64,000 nucleotides of DNA, from NCBI GenBank assembly GCA_001599295.1, contig BCGN01000008.1, positions 744,001 to 808,000 of the forward strand. The letters run 5' to 3'. Every line of letters begins with the position of its first letter. The stretch's first letter is position 1. This document shows positions 42,814 to 55,538 of the stretch, piece after piece. The notes under the pieces are model-generated. The model searched no databases. It saw only the letters and a program-made list of their open reading frames with translations, and was not told the origin of the DNA. Made by a program: the position numbers and the translations under genes. The stretch comes from Sporopachydermia quercuum. Taxonomy: Eukaryota.

Positions 42814-45411
42814 ATGCCCATAAGCAATCCTTTGAGAGGGAACTCTCTCGATTCCTGCTTACTGAAAGAGTTGAATAAAACTACGAAAGATGTTGATAAT
42901 ACAACCAGAAAGCTCAATTCCTCTGTCTATGTAGCTGAGAAACCAACACAATGGTCAGACATTGATACTAGCAATGATTACACATCTGAACCTGATATTA
43001 GCATACCTAGTATAATATCAATAGATAGTGAGGGAGAAGAGAGTCCGGAAATTCTTATCAGAGAGAATAACACAACTAAAAACGATAAACAGGAAGATAG
43101 AATTGCTGTGAATACCAACAATGAGTCGGACACCTCCTTGACTCTAGGTACTTTACCATCATCAGGTTCTCATCTCTCTCAAGAGCCAATAGTAAAAAGA
43201 AGAAGAATCATAAGAAAAACTTTAGAGATAATAAAGCTTGATAATGACTCTGATAATGGTGAAATAAATGAAAAAGCTAGTAATGAGAATCCAAAGGACT
43301 CTTTAAGAGAAGGGGGAAAACTAAGCTTTGTCGGTAGTAAACTTGGGCAAAGGATGAAAAAGCTAGAATCTAAAGTATCAACAAGCGACACATCAACGAA
43401 CCTAATGAACAAATCGATGGCCGTAAAAAGTACCAATTCACAGAAGTCAGCTTCAAATGCTTCTATTGATGTTTGGGCACAAGTATTTGAACCATCTACC
43501 AGTAATGAAGTTGCTATTCATCCTAGAAAGATAGCTGACGTACGAAATGCTATGGAATCAATGGTTGATCCTTTTACTGCTAACAGAAATAGGATTCTTG
43601 TTCTTTCTGGTCCTGCTGGCAGTGGGAAAAGCACATTAGTTAAAGTGTTAGCTAAAGAAGTGCTGACTAAATATAAGCTGCAATTCCATAACTCGCAACA
43701 TTCTCGGCCTAAGGNTACTCTGTTCAGTAGCAACTCAGAAACGCTTTCAGGTGCCTATGATGATAAATGGGATGATTATATTTTAGAGTGGGGCAGCATG
43801 ATGAATACTGATTCGAATTATGTTACTCAGTTCAAGGATTTCTTAATTGACGCTCGTATGTTCAGAGGATCTAATCTCAAGTTCATTTTAGTGGAAGACC
43901 TTCCAAATGTTTTTCATTACGATACCAGGATTGCATTTCAGCAAGCCTTAAGAAGCTGGATTCATATGGATAATGTATCCCCTTCTTATCCACCATTAGT
44001 TCTGGTTATCACTGAAGTAGAAGGCACCAGTGATACCAATCACGAATACAATAGAAGTAATGGCATTGATCTCAACACGTCATTCACTGCGGAAACAATT
44101 ATATCTAAATCGATTTTAACGCATCCAAAGGTAAACAGAATTCGATTCAATCCGATAGCTAAAACATATCTTTCCAAAGGTCTAAGACGAATAATAGACC
44201 TATGTGATAGTGCTCCAACTATTTCATATAAACAGGAAAACTTTAATAGCACCACTACAAAGAAAAGAAAGAACCTAAAGCAGAAAACAGGGAATACAGT
44301 GCTAGATGATAAAATTGCAGTTCTGAGTGAAGATGGAGATATCAGAAGCGCTATATGTGCGTTAGAATTCTGGATGAAAACTAACTCTCCAATCTCAAGT
44401 CTAGCAAAGGATCTATCACATGTTTCTCCTGAAGAACAGTTTGGCAGAGATTCAAGAATATCATACTTCCATACGTTAGGCAAAATAATATTTGGTAGTG
44501 AGAAAGATATTCCTGAGAGTATGGAAAGTTATACTGATGAAAATCTCTTAGCATTAGGTATACTGGAGAATTATACTAGATTGAAAAATGGTAGTTTCTC
44601 CATCGAATCTGCAGGCGAAGTAGCCGATAGTCTAAGCGAAAGCAACCTTTTACTGAAAAGTTCAGTAAAATCCTTTGGAAGTATTTATTCTGCCGGAAAA
44701 ACGCGTCTACTGTTGAATAATGTCATAGGTAAAAACACTAGTCACTCTGGGAATTCAAAATATCTCCTCAAACAAGATAAACTAATGTTTCCAAGAGAGT
44801 GGAAAATGATTAGAAAACAAAGTATGGTTTTCAGAACAATAGAATCTTACCTAGAAAGAAGTTCTGAAGTGGGCAATAGAAGTAGGATGTTCTCTACTGC
44901 TCTTCTGGAGTTTGGATATTATGAACCAAGGATTTATTACTCACGGTTGAAACGAGCAAGTATTTCGCAAGGAAGTCGTTATACTGATGTTATCATTCCT
45001 AGGCTTGGAGGCTCGTTGTATGCGCGAGAAGTAAACGTTGATTCAGAAATAGGTATAGAAGAGCTGAAAAGTGAAAACGAAGAATACCTAGAAAGACAGG
45101 ATAGTTTCGGGAATACCAATAACAATAATACGAACCATAATGGTAGAAATATAGGAAATATTAAGCAGCTTGAAGAGAATGATAGCTATATTAACTGGAT
45201 ATGTCATGAACCAATAGAAATGGCAAACGAGCCGAATAAGGACAAGTTTGAGTACAGCAGTATTGAAGACTCTGAAGAAGATAGAGAGAAGGAGGAAGAA
45301 GAGCTGAGAAGAAGATCACGAGAATTAAGCAAAGGAGCCCAGATGCAAATCATGGATGAGGCTGAATTAGAGGCGTTGCTTGACGATTCTGATTTTGATG
45401 ACAGTTTTTAA
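42814..45411 (+). CDS. RAD24: Checkpoint clamp loader Rad24/Rad17 (AAA+), 865 aa
   Basis: WAQVFEP...VAIHPRK, Walker A GPAGSGKS, ILVEDLPN, IRFNPIAKT, GDIRSAI and FHTLGKII. The frame is open from 42778, so a small upstream exon cannot be excluded. Confidence 0.92.
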   Translation: MPISNPLRGNSLDSCLLKELNKTTKDVDNTTRKLNSSVYVAEKPTQWSDIDTSNDYTSEPDISIPSIISIDSEGEESPEILIRENNTTKNDKQEDRIAVNTNNESDTSLTLGTLPSSGSHLSQEPIVKRRRIIRKTLEIIKLDNDSDNGEINEKASNENPKDSLREGGKLSFVGSKLGQRMKKLESKVSTSDTSTNLMNKSMAVKSTNSQKSASNASIDVWAQVFEPSTSNEVAIHPRKIADVRNAMESMVDPFTANRNRILVLSGPAGSGKSTLVKVLAKEVLTKYKLQFHNSQHSRPKXTLFSSNSETLSGAYDDKWDDYILEWGSMMNTDSNYVTQFKDFLIDARMFRGSNLKFILVEDLPNVFHYDTRIAFQQALRSWIHMDNVSPSYPPLVLVITEVEGTSDTNHEYNRSNGIDLNTSFTAETIISKSILTHPKVNRIRFNPIAKTYLSKGLRRIIDLCDSAPTISYKQENFNSTTTKKRKNLKQKTGNTVLDDKIAVLSEDGDIRSAICALEFWMKTNSPISSLAKDLSHVSPEEQFGRDSRISYFHTLGKIIFGSEKDIPESMESYTDENLLALGILENYTRLKNGSFSIESAGEVADSLSESNLLLKSSVKSFGSIYSAGKTRLLLNNVIGKNTSHSGNSKYLLKQDKLMFPREWKMIRKQSMVFRTIESYLERSSEVGNRSRMFSTALLEFGYYEPRIYYSRLKRASISQGSRYTDVIIPRLGGSLYAREVNVDSEIGIEELKSENEEYLERQDSFGNTNNNNTNHNGRNIGNIKQLEENDSYINWICHEPIEMANEPNKDKFEYSSIEDSEEDREKEEEELRRRSRELSKGAQMQIMDEAELEALLDDSDFDDSF

Positions 45412-46227
45412 TGTGCAAGCAATTTTAGGCAAGTCACATCTTTATGCTTGTTCGTAAGGGACTTCTGTTTGAAANGATGCCTTCAATGTTGTTAATGGTA
45501 TTAGTTGGATTTTTTGACGGGTATCAAAAGAATGAATTTTATTCTGACACTTCTTGGATATTTCTGTTTGACGATTAGAGAACCAACTGGCGTTGTAGCA
45601 CTTAAAGAGAAATTACTGACTGGTCAAAACACATATCATTATATAATGCAAAATAATTATACTGTATGAAATGTACAAATTATGTAGCCCTTTATATTGA
45701 TTTCCTACAATACTATATTATCCCCTTTTGCCAGTTCCATAGGAGCTCAAAATATCAGAAGCATACTTCGTATAAAGAAGGAAAAAAGAAATGCATATTA
45801 TCGATTGGAATTTATTGTATTTAAGCTGCTAAGAAGCCCGCAGGGCTCTTTCGATCGAGATGAGAAAGGTGTTGGCTATGTTAAAAAATGGTTGTCCATT
45901 TTATCAATACTGCTATAGTCAGTGGACAACAGTACATTTGTTTCGTTGATGTGTTATTTCATAGTTAGGTTTAATATAACTCTAAAACCAGCAGAGCTAA
46001 CACAATTGATTAGTAACTGATTGATCATCAATTGATTCACGCTCAACTGTGGATATTAGAATCAACTATGGCATGACAGTATACGCGTGTCTGTTTATTA
46101 TATAATAAGATGGCCACAGCAATATAATTGTAGGTTTAAAGTGTAAATTATCGAACAACCATATTTCACTCCGTTGTATCAAGTAATTATTACGTAAAAT
46201 ATCTTTATTAAATTTATCACTGGTACA

Positions 46228-48090
46228 TTACATTCCAACGTCTTGTAAATTCAAGTTCAAGTTCACATTCCTATTCTTCTTNTTCCTTCTCTCCAAAATT
46301 GACGATTCTTTCAAATTCAATTCAAAGGCCTTCTTTGCTTGTTTCACAGGAGCTGCAACAGGAGGTGCAATACGTGTATAGCCGTGTCTTGCGGCATCAG
46401 TTTCATCATCTTCATCAAGCATATTTAGATTTATGGCAGGGGCACCCTTCTTAATGCCTTCCTTTTCCCGGTTACGTTGTACAGCGTTACCGACATCGAA
46501 AATCTCCTTCATTTGAACAGCAGCTGGAGTCTGGAGAACATCAGGCGGTGGCAAAACACTTGTAGCATCAAAAGTTCTTCCTGCATCAGTTTCACGAACA
46601 GCTTGACCAAACTTGCTGCCAGAAACTCTTAGTTTTTGTTGAGCAATTGTTTCTCTAGCTTCATACATTTTCATAACTTCAGGATTAACAATTCGAACTC
46701 TCCCTTTTATCAAAATATAACCACCAGCTCTAATCCATGGATGTCTAAACACATCCTCTATAGTATATCTTCTTGCGGGATTGACTGTGAGTAATTTGGA
46801 CACCAAATCCTTAGCAGGATGTGAAATATCATCCCACCAAGGGGATAGAAATGTAAATCTACCTCTAGCAACTTTCTCAGTTAAAGCTTCGATAGATTCA
46901 TCAAAAAATGGTGGGAATCCACATAGAATTGTATAAAGAACACAACCAATTGCCCATAAGTCAACTGATTTTGAATACCTTTCATCTCGTACAACCTCGG
47001 GCGCAGTATAACCAACTGTACCACAAGGAGTTTTAGTATTTGACTCCCAAACCTGTTTAGAAAGACCAAAATCAGCCAACTTCACGATTCCCACACCACC
47101 AGAACCAAGACCAGGCACAAATTCACCTTCATCTACTTTACTTTCTAGCTCATCGCCTTTTCTTACTTTTCTCACTTTAGAAGGAACATAAGGACCAGGG
47201 TAATAAAGTAGATTTTCAGGTTTGATATCACGATGAACAACTCCAACTTCTTCATGAAGGTATCTAATAGCATCACATAATTGAACAATAACAAATCTTG
47301 CTAAATCCTCGGAGAAATAAGTCAATTGTACAATTTTTTGAAATAACTCACCGCCAGGGACTAATTCTAGTATAAGGTAATAGTGGCTTGGCGTTTCCAA
47401 GAAGTTAATATATGAAACAATATGAGGATGATTCAATTGTCTCATGATTGCAACTTCTTTCATTATAGCAGTACGCTGTTTATTGTCTAGTTGAGTTTTC
47501 TTTATTAATTTGATAGCAACTTCNTCATTAGATTTTTTATCCCTTGCTTTGAAAACAGTTGAAAATGCACCTTCACCCATTTTTTTATGAATTTCAAATC
47601 TGCTAGCAACTGGATCTCTTGCTGATTGAGATTCTTGCTGTCTCTCTCGATTCTCTTCTTGAACAATCTGATATGCTGCTTCATTATATTCAGCTTTCAT
47701 ACCATCATTTAATTCTGCACCTTTACTAGGTGCATGATTATTTGTTCTAGCCACTGCNGGTAAATCCTCAGAGCTTGAGCCTGGCGAGCTGATATTTGAT
47801 GTTTTGGATTCATTTAACAAATCTGCAATTGGTACTTTCCTTTCTGGTAGTGGAGGAGGTGTATTTTGATTGTTCTTCGCCGGTGGTGCAGACTCATCAT
47901 GTATACCTGCCCTGGCATGTTTGCCTTGTCGGATAAAGTTTCGAAACTATATCAATGAGACGTTTGTTAGTACGAAAAAAGGAAAGGGGAAATGAAAATA
48001 AAACTGGTTCAAATTCGTTTGGTTTGAAATGTCCAATAAAACATTCAGGGAGTGATGCACTTAACCAATACATACATTTAAAAACGTCAT
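46228..48090 (-). CDS. RCK2: MAPK-activated CaMK-like kinase Rck2/Srk1, 577 aa; exons 48090-48076, 47946-46228
   Basis: Kinase motifs GEGAFS, VAIK, HRDIKPEN, LADFGLSK and TPCGTVGYTAPE, plus the Rck insert DEGEFVPGLGSGGVG. Intron 48075-47947 (GTATGT...TACTAAC...TAG) gives the N-terminus MTFLNFRNFIRQGKHA. Confidence 0.92.
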
Positions 48091-50318
48091 TTCGAGTTTT
48101 TAAACAGTTATATCTTCGTAAACTCAGACATAGACAGTCGACACTTTGATGCGTTGATTGCTTTGGTTGACTAATAATAATTCGCTNTTTGATCAATTCT
48201 AATGCTGAATCAACTAATAATACCAAATAGTATCTTACTAAACTTGACGTTATAGGATATAACTTGTTTGTAAGACAATACAGTAATAAATCATTCGAAT
48301 GAATCAAGGGTCTATTGATTAAAATGGCACTTGTTGACTCTGTAAGTGAGGTTGGTCTTGTGCTTCTCTCTCGAATGTAAGAAGTATTTACAGCTGGGTA
48401 TGTGCCTGCGTAATTCCCTATTGACAGTATAATTGGTGATACAATTGTTTCTTCAATTAACTTGAGTTTCTTTTGATTCTGATTATTGTTTTCACTTTGT
48501 TCTACTTGAAGTCTGCTTTATTTTCTTCGTTTGTTGTTTACCTCTCCTCTTCGTCGCTTACTACCTATTAGTCCACGACAAGCAGAAGCAGACTTGTGTC
48601 TCAAGAAAAAGTTACAATATTCAATGAATGAATATATTAACAAATGATATCATCAAACTGCTAAATTTTTCTATCACAGCTCGCGATGCTCGTAGTTGAT
48701 TTCCTTATTGAAGAATAATAAGAATAATAAAATCCATTAAAAATAATCTCATCATACTTTGTTTCCCAATAAAAATTTACATAAAAATTTACATGCAGGA
48801 CCAAATGAACGATTAAACGGTGGGCATTATAGTTTCCGAAGGCTGAGCAAGAACCATGTGAGAATGCATGAAGATATTATTACAGTTAGTGGCGGCGGGG
48901 TTAGAGTGAGACGGGGGATAGGAGTTGAGAGGAAGGGCAGTAATAATGGAAAATGGTGCTAACTACTAGGATAGAAGACGGTGGAGAGTTATTTATGGCG
49001 GTGAAANTATTATAATGTTTTATTGTTAAAAATAAAAATCTTGTTCAAGAAGCAGTTGCAAGTCAACAAGGAAAATACGGATAGATCAACTCTAAAAATG
49101 AGAAGAAAGAGAAGCGCTACTGAAAATTGAACAAACGCTCGGAATCTAGGCAAATATGAGAAATTGATAGAAGAGCATATGATTTTGGTAGTGCCTCTCT
49201 GATTTACAGAATTCTGGTCTTCATAAACCGATTTTGAATAGGACGTCTAGTTGTTTCGAGTAAGAATGGTTAGACTGTTGGGAAATAGAAAAGCTATCTT
49301 GTTGGAGATCATGAATACGGCTGTCCTAGAGATATAGTGGAGGAAATTACATAGAATGAGTTTGGAGATTCGTTGAAAGTAACGAACTATTAGGCGTAGT
49401 TTTTCCAAGAACAACATTAACTTAATTCTAATATATTACTATTGATAATTTGCTCAAACCAGAACATTGATTATCACTTCATCTCACTTGACTCATTGAT
49501 TACTCCTTTGAGCGCAAAATCGGACATTAGTTCAAGACCACGTGATTTAGCTCAGTACATACCAATTCTCTCCTAACTATCTATCACCAACAAGCATCAC
49601 CAGACAGATCGCACCAGCAGCAACTCTCACCTGATCACATCAGCTGTTGGCATATATATCTGTATCTGAACACTCTTTATGATCAGTTCAAATATGCTCG
49701 CAGTAACACCTTATATCTGAACGGCTGTTCTTATGCATAAATTAAATTCAGACAATAGAAGCAACTGGTTCTATATATTTGATTAAGATAAGCAATCAGT
49801 CCTCGGACAACCTGAACAATGGAGAACATACGCTCAAAGAAACAAGAAACAAGAGTCTAAGAATGTTTCTCCGGCAAACCCGCACACATTTTACCTTTGT
49901 TCCAGACCCTCAAAAGCAACTTCTGATAAGATTAGAAGTCGACTAATTGTTGTTTACACAATCAGCTTCCTCCTTTCTCTTTCTGTTTACGTAATTATCA
50001 ACTCAACATGACATCTCCTTTTACTAATCATTCATTCTGATTTTGTCATTGAAATTTCAGCTTACGATAAACAATAGGCTTGAGCTAGAAAATTGAATTG
50101 TATGATATTACTTTGACTTATATGCGTTTGAATGAAATTACGAAATGTATATTAGCAAGAATGCACTGATAGCATTGCGGATTGTATAATGGACGTGAAT
50201 GTAGTAATCCTGTAGAAGGAACTGCGCATTCATTTCTACAGTGAATCTATCTCCCACAAGATAGGTACGACTAGCTCAAGATATTGATAGTATCATCTGA
50301 TCATAACATTGGAACAAA

Positions 50319-53300
50319 ATGGTGCTAGATGAAGAAGATATCACCGCTTGTGCTGTAAATTGGGCGAATGATGCGATGTTTGTTAATTCTTTACTGCTTT
50401 CTTTATTTAATGCTACAAATGTTCCTAATAAGATAAGCTTAGAACCTATACAGGTACATAAAAGCAGTACCATTAGGAAAGGCAAAACCATCAAAAGAAG
50501 CCGATTAGATAGGAAAGAATCATTGAGCCTTGCCACTGGATTGGTGTTGTATGAATCAAATGAGAATTCAATCAACGGGTTGGCAGACCCTAGTTTTGCA
50601 ATCCCTTTATTCAAAAGAACATTCGAGTTTGAATATACCTTTGATATATCTGATATTGACTGGAAGTTCATCAACATAAATCAAGTATGGGACTTTCCTC
50701 TTAATCCTGAAGGAGATACTCTAGAGTTTCCTGTTGTATTATTATCGCAGAAAATAAAAGACTTTGAAGCATCTGAAACACTCAAATTAGAAGTAAAAAG
50801 TAAGCAGCCACCGTTGCCATTATTATCTATTAATGTTCTTGATGCTTTATTAATAAACGAAACGTTAGGTGTAACTTATGGTCAATTATTAACGTCTGAA
50901 CTTCAACTACTGCAAAGACTATCTTCTTCTTCTGTTGATAATTCTAAAGTATCTCAGAACTTATCTACTCCAGTTCTACAGATACTTAATCTGACAGAAT
51001 TATCAGATTTTTTTAATNTGTATAGAGATGGAACACCAGACAGCAGTAGCGGCAACAGCAAATTTACATTAAAACTACGTATATCTTACTCGGCATATTG
51101 TTTGGATGATGATGACGTTGTTTTCACATCGAATATTGCCCCTCATGTTAGATTGTTGATTCATAGTACAACTACTGAAATTGTTGATGAACAGAAGACT
51201 CCATTAGACCAAGAGACGCTGGTTACACCGGAGTTTTTCTACCATTCAATTGCTGAGCATACAAAACTTTTACCTGAACCATTGCAGTCGATTACGGTAC
51301 CTGGTTTGGCATGCCACTTGTTGCCTTTCCAAGCTAAAGCAGCCACATGGATGCTCAATAAGGAAAATGTAGCGTACAATGCTGATACCCAAACTGTCAA
51401 ACCTATACCATTTAAGGACCGAAAGAATTCAATTTTGTATGTTCTCAATGCTATTGCTTACGGCTGGGAATCTCGTCTGCTACCAGTGCCTAACCAGCAG
51501 TTTTATTTCAACAGATATACTGGAGCAACCATCTCTGTTAAGACCGCGGAACGAATATNCCAAAACGCGTTAGCTGATGTCTCAATGGCCAATATAGCCA
51601 GGGGCCTTTTATGTGACGAAATGGGTTTGGGTAAAACCGTTGAAACCCTGGCTTTGGTAGTAATGAATCCTCGTGCTAAGCCACAGCTGGAACCGGGCCT
51701 TCGTATATATGATTCCTTCGCTGAGAGAAATGTTACTACTGCAAAGACAACTCTGATTGTCTCTCCAAGGGCTATCTTGCACCAATGGGTCTTGGAAATA
51801 GGAAAACATGCTCCCCATCTTCAAGTGTTTGTATACGAGGGTCTGAGGGCATATAATAACAGGTTTGCTCATCCCAGGAATAAAGAAATTGACGGCACCA
51901 TTACTACTGATTTAAGCTCCTTAGTTCATCCAGAAACCAGAACGTTGAGAAAAGGTATCAAGCTAGGCGTTACAGGCGACTTCCTTGCTAGATTCGATAT
52001 AGTGCTCACCAGTTATACAGTTATGTCGTCTGAGGTTGGTTATGCACTGTTTAATCCGAATATTCGCCCGACAAGACCGACGACCAACGCCAAGTTGAAA
52101 AGTGATGGAGATGACGCTGAAGTGTTTAGAAATGCCCAGACGTTCTCTTCTCCTCTGATGGCTTTACAGTTTTTTCGTGTGATTCTGGATGAGGTTCAAA
52201 TGGCTGCCAGCCCTGGATCCAATCCGGCTGTGGTAGCTAGAATGATACCTCGTGTGCATTCCTGGGGTGTTTCTGGAACCCCTGTTTCCCGGTCTTTGGA
52301 TGATTTACATGGAATACTGCAGTTTTTCCGTTATTTCCCTTTAAATCAACGGGAGTCCATTAGGCATAAACCAAGAGAAAGGCACCTGGGGTCTTTTGAA
52401 CGTTACAATGATATAGTTACTACGAGAAACCCATGGAATGCTTTGGTAGATCAACCTGATTTATTTCATCAGTTCTTCACCAGTATGGCTATTCGCCATA
52501 GTAAAAAATTGGTAGAAAATCAATTGACGTTGCCACCACAACGACGTGTCTTAGTAAAGGTTGATTTTACAGCTGTTGAAAGAAATAATTATGATTATTT
52601 ATTTGATTTGTTCTTACAAAGGTGCCAATTAGATAAGGATGGTAAACGNATAGCCATTGTTGATGAATCTGACGATAACGATGAACATGAAAGTGATATC
52701 GGTCACTCCGTGGCTAATAATAATCGTAACACACTTGNGGAATCATCTAGTAGTAATGATTCGATTCCTGAACCTGCTGATAGAGAACTATGGAAATCGT
52801 TTTTAGTTCAATTACGACAAGCCTGCTGTCATGCTAAAATTGGAGCAGAAAATCACAAAAGATTTGGCAAAATTGGCTCTAAACTTGGAACTTTATCAGA
52901 ACTCCTACAAGAAATGATAGATCAAACTCTTAGTGGATTGAATGCTAAAGAAAGAGAGTATCATGTAAACATTCTTCAATTAGGCCAAGTGGCTGAATTC
53001 AATGGAGATTCCAAATCAGCTTTATCTCACTGGGAAAGAGCTCAAAAAGGTATAGAAACGATTTTGAAGGAGCAGAAGGCTATTGAAAAAGCAAAAGAAG
53101 ATAAAAGCGAAGAGGAGAAAAGAATCCTACGAACAAAGATCAGAAACTGGACGGAGTTATTGCATAGGTGTTATTTCTTTATAGCATCTGCTCATTATCA
53201 ATTATATAAGGATAGAAAGGTCATCGGAGCAGAAACGATTGATATATCAAATGAGCTGAATGGAAATGGTGGAGTAGAAGTTAATGTTGTCGATTCAGAA

Positions 53301-55538
53301 TTGTTACCAGAGATAACTCAAAAAGAATCCATATATCATCAGAGCCAGGAGACAAAATTCTATGATTTAGCAAAGAAATTAAGATCACAGTTATTACAAG
53401 AATCACGGGCAAAGGTTGAGTCTTACGTGAGTAAATTGGAAGATCAGTCAGAAAGTGGATCTAGAGAAGCTCAGCATATTCCTGATGCTAGAATTGATTT
53501 ATATGACAGTAAAGGAAGAGAAAAATTACGGTTAGGATTAGAATCACGATTTCTTTTTAACAAGGTTGAAAGTGTTGCTGAAGTGTTAAATAAGCAAGCA
53601 GAATTGATCAAAACATGGGAAGCTGATTTAATGGCACTGCTGGTTAAACCCGTGGTAGATGATGAAGAATACGAAGCTTCACAAGTTAATGGGCAGAAAC
53701 AAGTAGACAATAGTGGAAAGAAAGGATCTAACGATGATAGTATTCCAAATGGCATTGGTAATGATAAAAGCAGTACTGACACCACAATTGATAGCGAAAA
53801 GGATGGACCTGATGGAAAAGAATATGATAAATCATTAGATGAACAGGAGCAAGCTAATGCTTTATTGGAGTTCCTTACTATTTGTCTCTCCGATAGACAA
53901 TCGATTCTCACTGGTTCAATGGATGCTTTGTCTTATGAGAAAAAGCAATCGTCGCTTGCTAATTTAGAATCTCATAGTGAATTTTACCAGAAAATTGCAA
54001 AACAATATCAAGATCAAATACCAGATAGTATGATCAATGTGGATTTTGGTATGTCTTCACTCGTTCAACAAATGAGAGACGCTATATCTAGTGTAGGTAA
54101 GTCAAATGCTGATACTCAGTTGATTTCCAGGTTGTTATCTCTCACGGAAGATGCGATTAAAACCCAAAGGAAAAGCCTTGATAGCCTGAGAAAAAACATT
54201 GGTATTCTATTACGAGATAGTTATAATGCACGCATTGACTACTACCGCCAACTGCAACTAATTTCAGATAATGTTGCAGCATACGATCCCACACGGACTG
54301 AGGAGTCAGCAACACTGGAAAGTGAGGCTGAGGTTGAAAATGGAGGAGAAGTACCATATGAGCTATATAAACACAATGCTTTTAACAACCAAAGACATTC
54401 AGAGAGTCTACTGTTAAAAATGAAACGGTATCCTGAACTTCAAAAGAACCTATCGATGGATATCATGCATTTGAAAGGTAGGAAAAGGTATCTGGAGACA
54501 TTAAAGCAAGCTGGTGATGCTAGCGCAGGTGGTAATAGGGAATTGTGTGTTATTTGTCAAGAGCCCTATAAATCAGGAGCTATTACCAGCTGTGGGCATA
54601 AATACTGTAGATCATGTCTTGTCGAATGGTTGATTGAACATAAAAATTGTCCTATTTGTAAGACAGTACTAGAGAGAAATGAAATCTATTATTTTACCAC
54701 TAGTGGGAAGAAAGCTGCATATGAAGTAGTTGAGCATGATAGAGCTAAATCTAACGATAATAATGAGCCAACAATCAAGAACGAGGGAAATGACGACAAT
54801 AGCTTGACTGTTGATGATANNAGTGGTAATAGTTCCGAAAATGATAGTAAGANTAGTGTTGTGAAATCTGAGACAAATACTAAAAGTAAAGACATTTCAG
54901 CCTACCATTCAGTAGACTTTGGTACATTTTCTCAGATCAATGAAATACCTCTAAGAGTAAGTTATGGTGCTAAAGTTGATATAATAGTTAGACATGCCAG
55001 ATGGCTACGTGCAAGACATCCAGGGGTTCAAATAATTGTCTTTTCGCAGTTCAAAGATTTCCTTGATGTTGTAGCTCAGTCTTTTGCTCATCATGGAGTC
55101 AAGGCTGTAGGTGCAGATAAAACTGATGAATTTAGATCAGATCCAACGATTACGTGCTTTCTATTGAGTGCCAAAGCACATGCCGCAGGATTAACACTTG
55201 TGAATGCCACTCATGTATATCTATGTGAGCCATTTGTTAATACAGCAATTGAGCTTCAGGCTATGAGTCGAATTCATAGAATTGGTCAAACGCAAGGTAC
55301 GTATGTTTGGCAGTTTATCATTGCAGATACTGTTGAAGAGTCGATAGTTAAAATGACAAGCAGAGTCAACTATGAGAAATGGAGGAAAGAGCACCCAGAA
55401 GACTCTGATGCAGAAGAGTTTATGGACGCTGATATGGAGAATTATGTTGATGTGATCAAGCCAATGACTAAAATGTTGGGAGCAACCGGAGAAGATGTAT
55501 CAGATCAAGATTTATGGAGAGCCTTTTTCACAAGGTGA
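50319..55538 (+). CDS. IRC20: SNF2-family helicase / RING E3 ligase (Irc20/SHPRH-like), 1739 aa
   Basis: DEMGLGKT, ILDEVQM, WGVSGTP, LRQACCH, a C3HC4 RING (CVIC...CGHKYCRSC...CPIC) and AGLTLVNA...SRIHRIGQ. Divergent from RCK2, as in S. cerevisiae. Confidence 0.93.
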   Translation: MVLDEEDITACAVNWANDAMFVNSLLLSLFNATNVPNKISLEPIQVHKSSTIRKGKTIKRSRLDRKESLSLATGLVLYESNENSINGLADPSFAIPLFKRTFEFEYTFDISDIDWKFININQVWDFPLNPEGDTLEFPVVLLSQKIKDFEASETLKLEVKSKQPPLPLLSINVLDALLINETLGVTYGQLLTSELQLLQRLSSSSVDNSKVSQNLSTPVLQILNLTELSDFFNXYRDGTPDSSSGNSKFTLKLRISYSAYCLDDDDVVFTSNIAPHVRLLIHSTTTEIVDEQKTPLDQETLVTPEFFYHSIAEHTKLLPEPLQSITVPGLACHLLPFQAKAATWMLNKENVAYNADTQTVKPIPFKDRKNSILYVLNAIAYGWESRLLPVPNQQFYFNRYTGATISVKTAERIXQNALADVSMANIARGLLCDEMGLGKTVETLALVVMNPRAKPQLEPGLRIYDSFAERNVTTAKTTLIVSPRAILHQWVLEIGKHAPHLQVFVYEGLRAYNNRFAHPRNKEIDGTITTDLSSLVHPETRTLRKGIKLGVTGDFLARFDIVLTSYTVMSSEVGYALFNPNIRPTRPTTNAKLKSDGDDAEVFRNAQTFSSPLMALQFFRVILDEVQMAASPGSNPAVVARMIPRVHSWGVSGTPVSRSLDDLHGILQFFRYFPLNQRESIRHKPRERHLGSFERYNDIVTTRNPWNALVDQPDLFHQFFTSMAIRHSKKLVENQLTLPPQRRVLVKVDFTAVERNNYDYLFDLFLQRCQLDKDGKXIAIVDESDDNDEHESDIGHSVANNNRNTLXESSSSNDSIPEPADRELWKSFLVQLRQACCHAKIGAENHKRFGKIGSKLGTLSELLQEMIDQTLSGLNAKEREYHVNILQLGQVAEFNGDSKSALSHWERAQKGIETILKEQKAIEKAKEDKSEEEKRILRTKIRNWTELLHRCYFFIASAHYQLYKDRKVIGAETIDISNELNGNGGVEVNVVDSELLPEITQKESIYHQSQETKFYDLAKKLRSQLLQESRAKVESYVSKLEDQSESGSREAQHIPDARIDLYDSKGREKLRLGLESRFLFNKVESVAEVLNKQAELIKTWEADLMALLVKPVVDDEEYEASQVNGQKQVDNSGKKGSNDDSIPNGIGNDKSSTDTTIDSEKDGPDGKEYDKSLDEQEQANALLEFLTICLSDRQSILTGSMDALSYEKKQSSLANLESHSEFYQKIAKQYQDQIPDSMINVDFGMSSLVQQMRDAISSVGKSNADTQLISRLLSLTEDAIKTQRKSLDSLRKNIGILLRDSYNARIDYYRQLQLISDNVAAYDPTRTEESATLESEAEVENGGEVPYELYKHNAFNNQRHSESLLLKMKRYPELQKNLSMDIMHLKGRKRYLETLKQAGDASAGGNRELCVICQEPYKSGAITSCGHKYCRSCLVEWLIEHKNCPICKTVLERNEIYYFTTSGKKAAYEVVEHDRAKSNDNNEPTIKNEGNDDNSLTVDDXSGNSSENDSKXSVVKSETNTKSKDISAYHSVDFGTFSQINEIPLRVSYGAKVDIIVRHARWLRARHPGVQIIVFSQFKDFLDVVAQSFAHHGVKAVGADKTDEFRSDPTITCFLLSAKAHAAGLTLVNATHVYLCEPFVNTAIELQAMSRIHRIGQTQGTYVWQFIIADTVEESIVKMTSRVNYEKWRKEHPEDSDAEEFMDADMENYVDVIKPMTKMLGATGEDVSDQDLWRAFFTR

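Noticed and set aside
5473..54895. Many antisense and alternate-frame ORFs of 60-150 aa inside long genes
   Set aside because: They are shadows of codon bias or repeats (e.g. poly-V and poly-N frames over the HAP5 CAA tract) with no independent coding signal.
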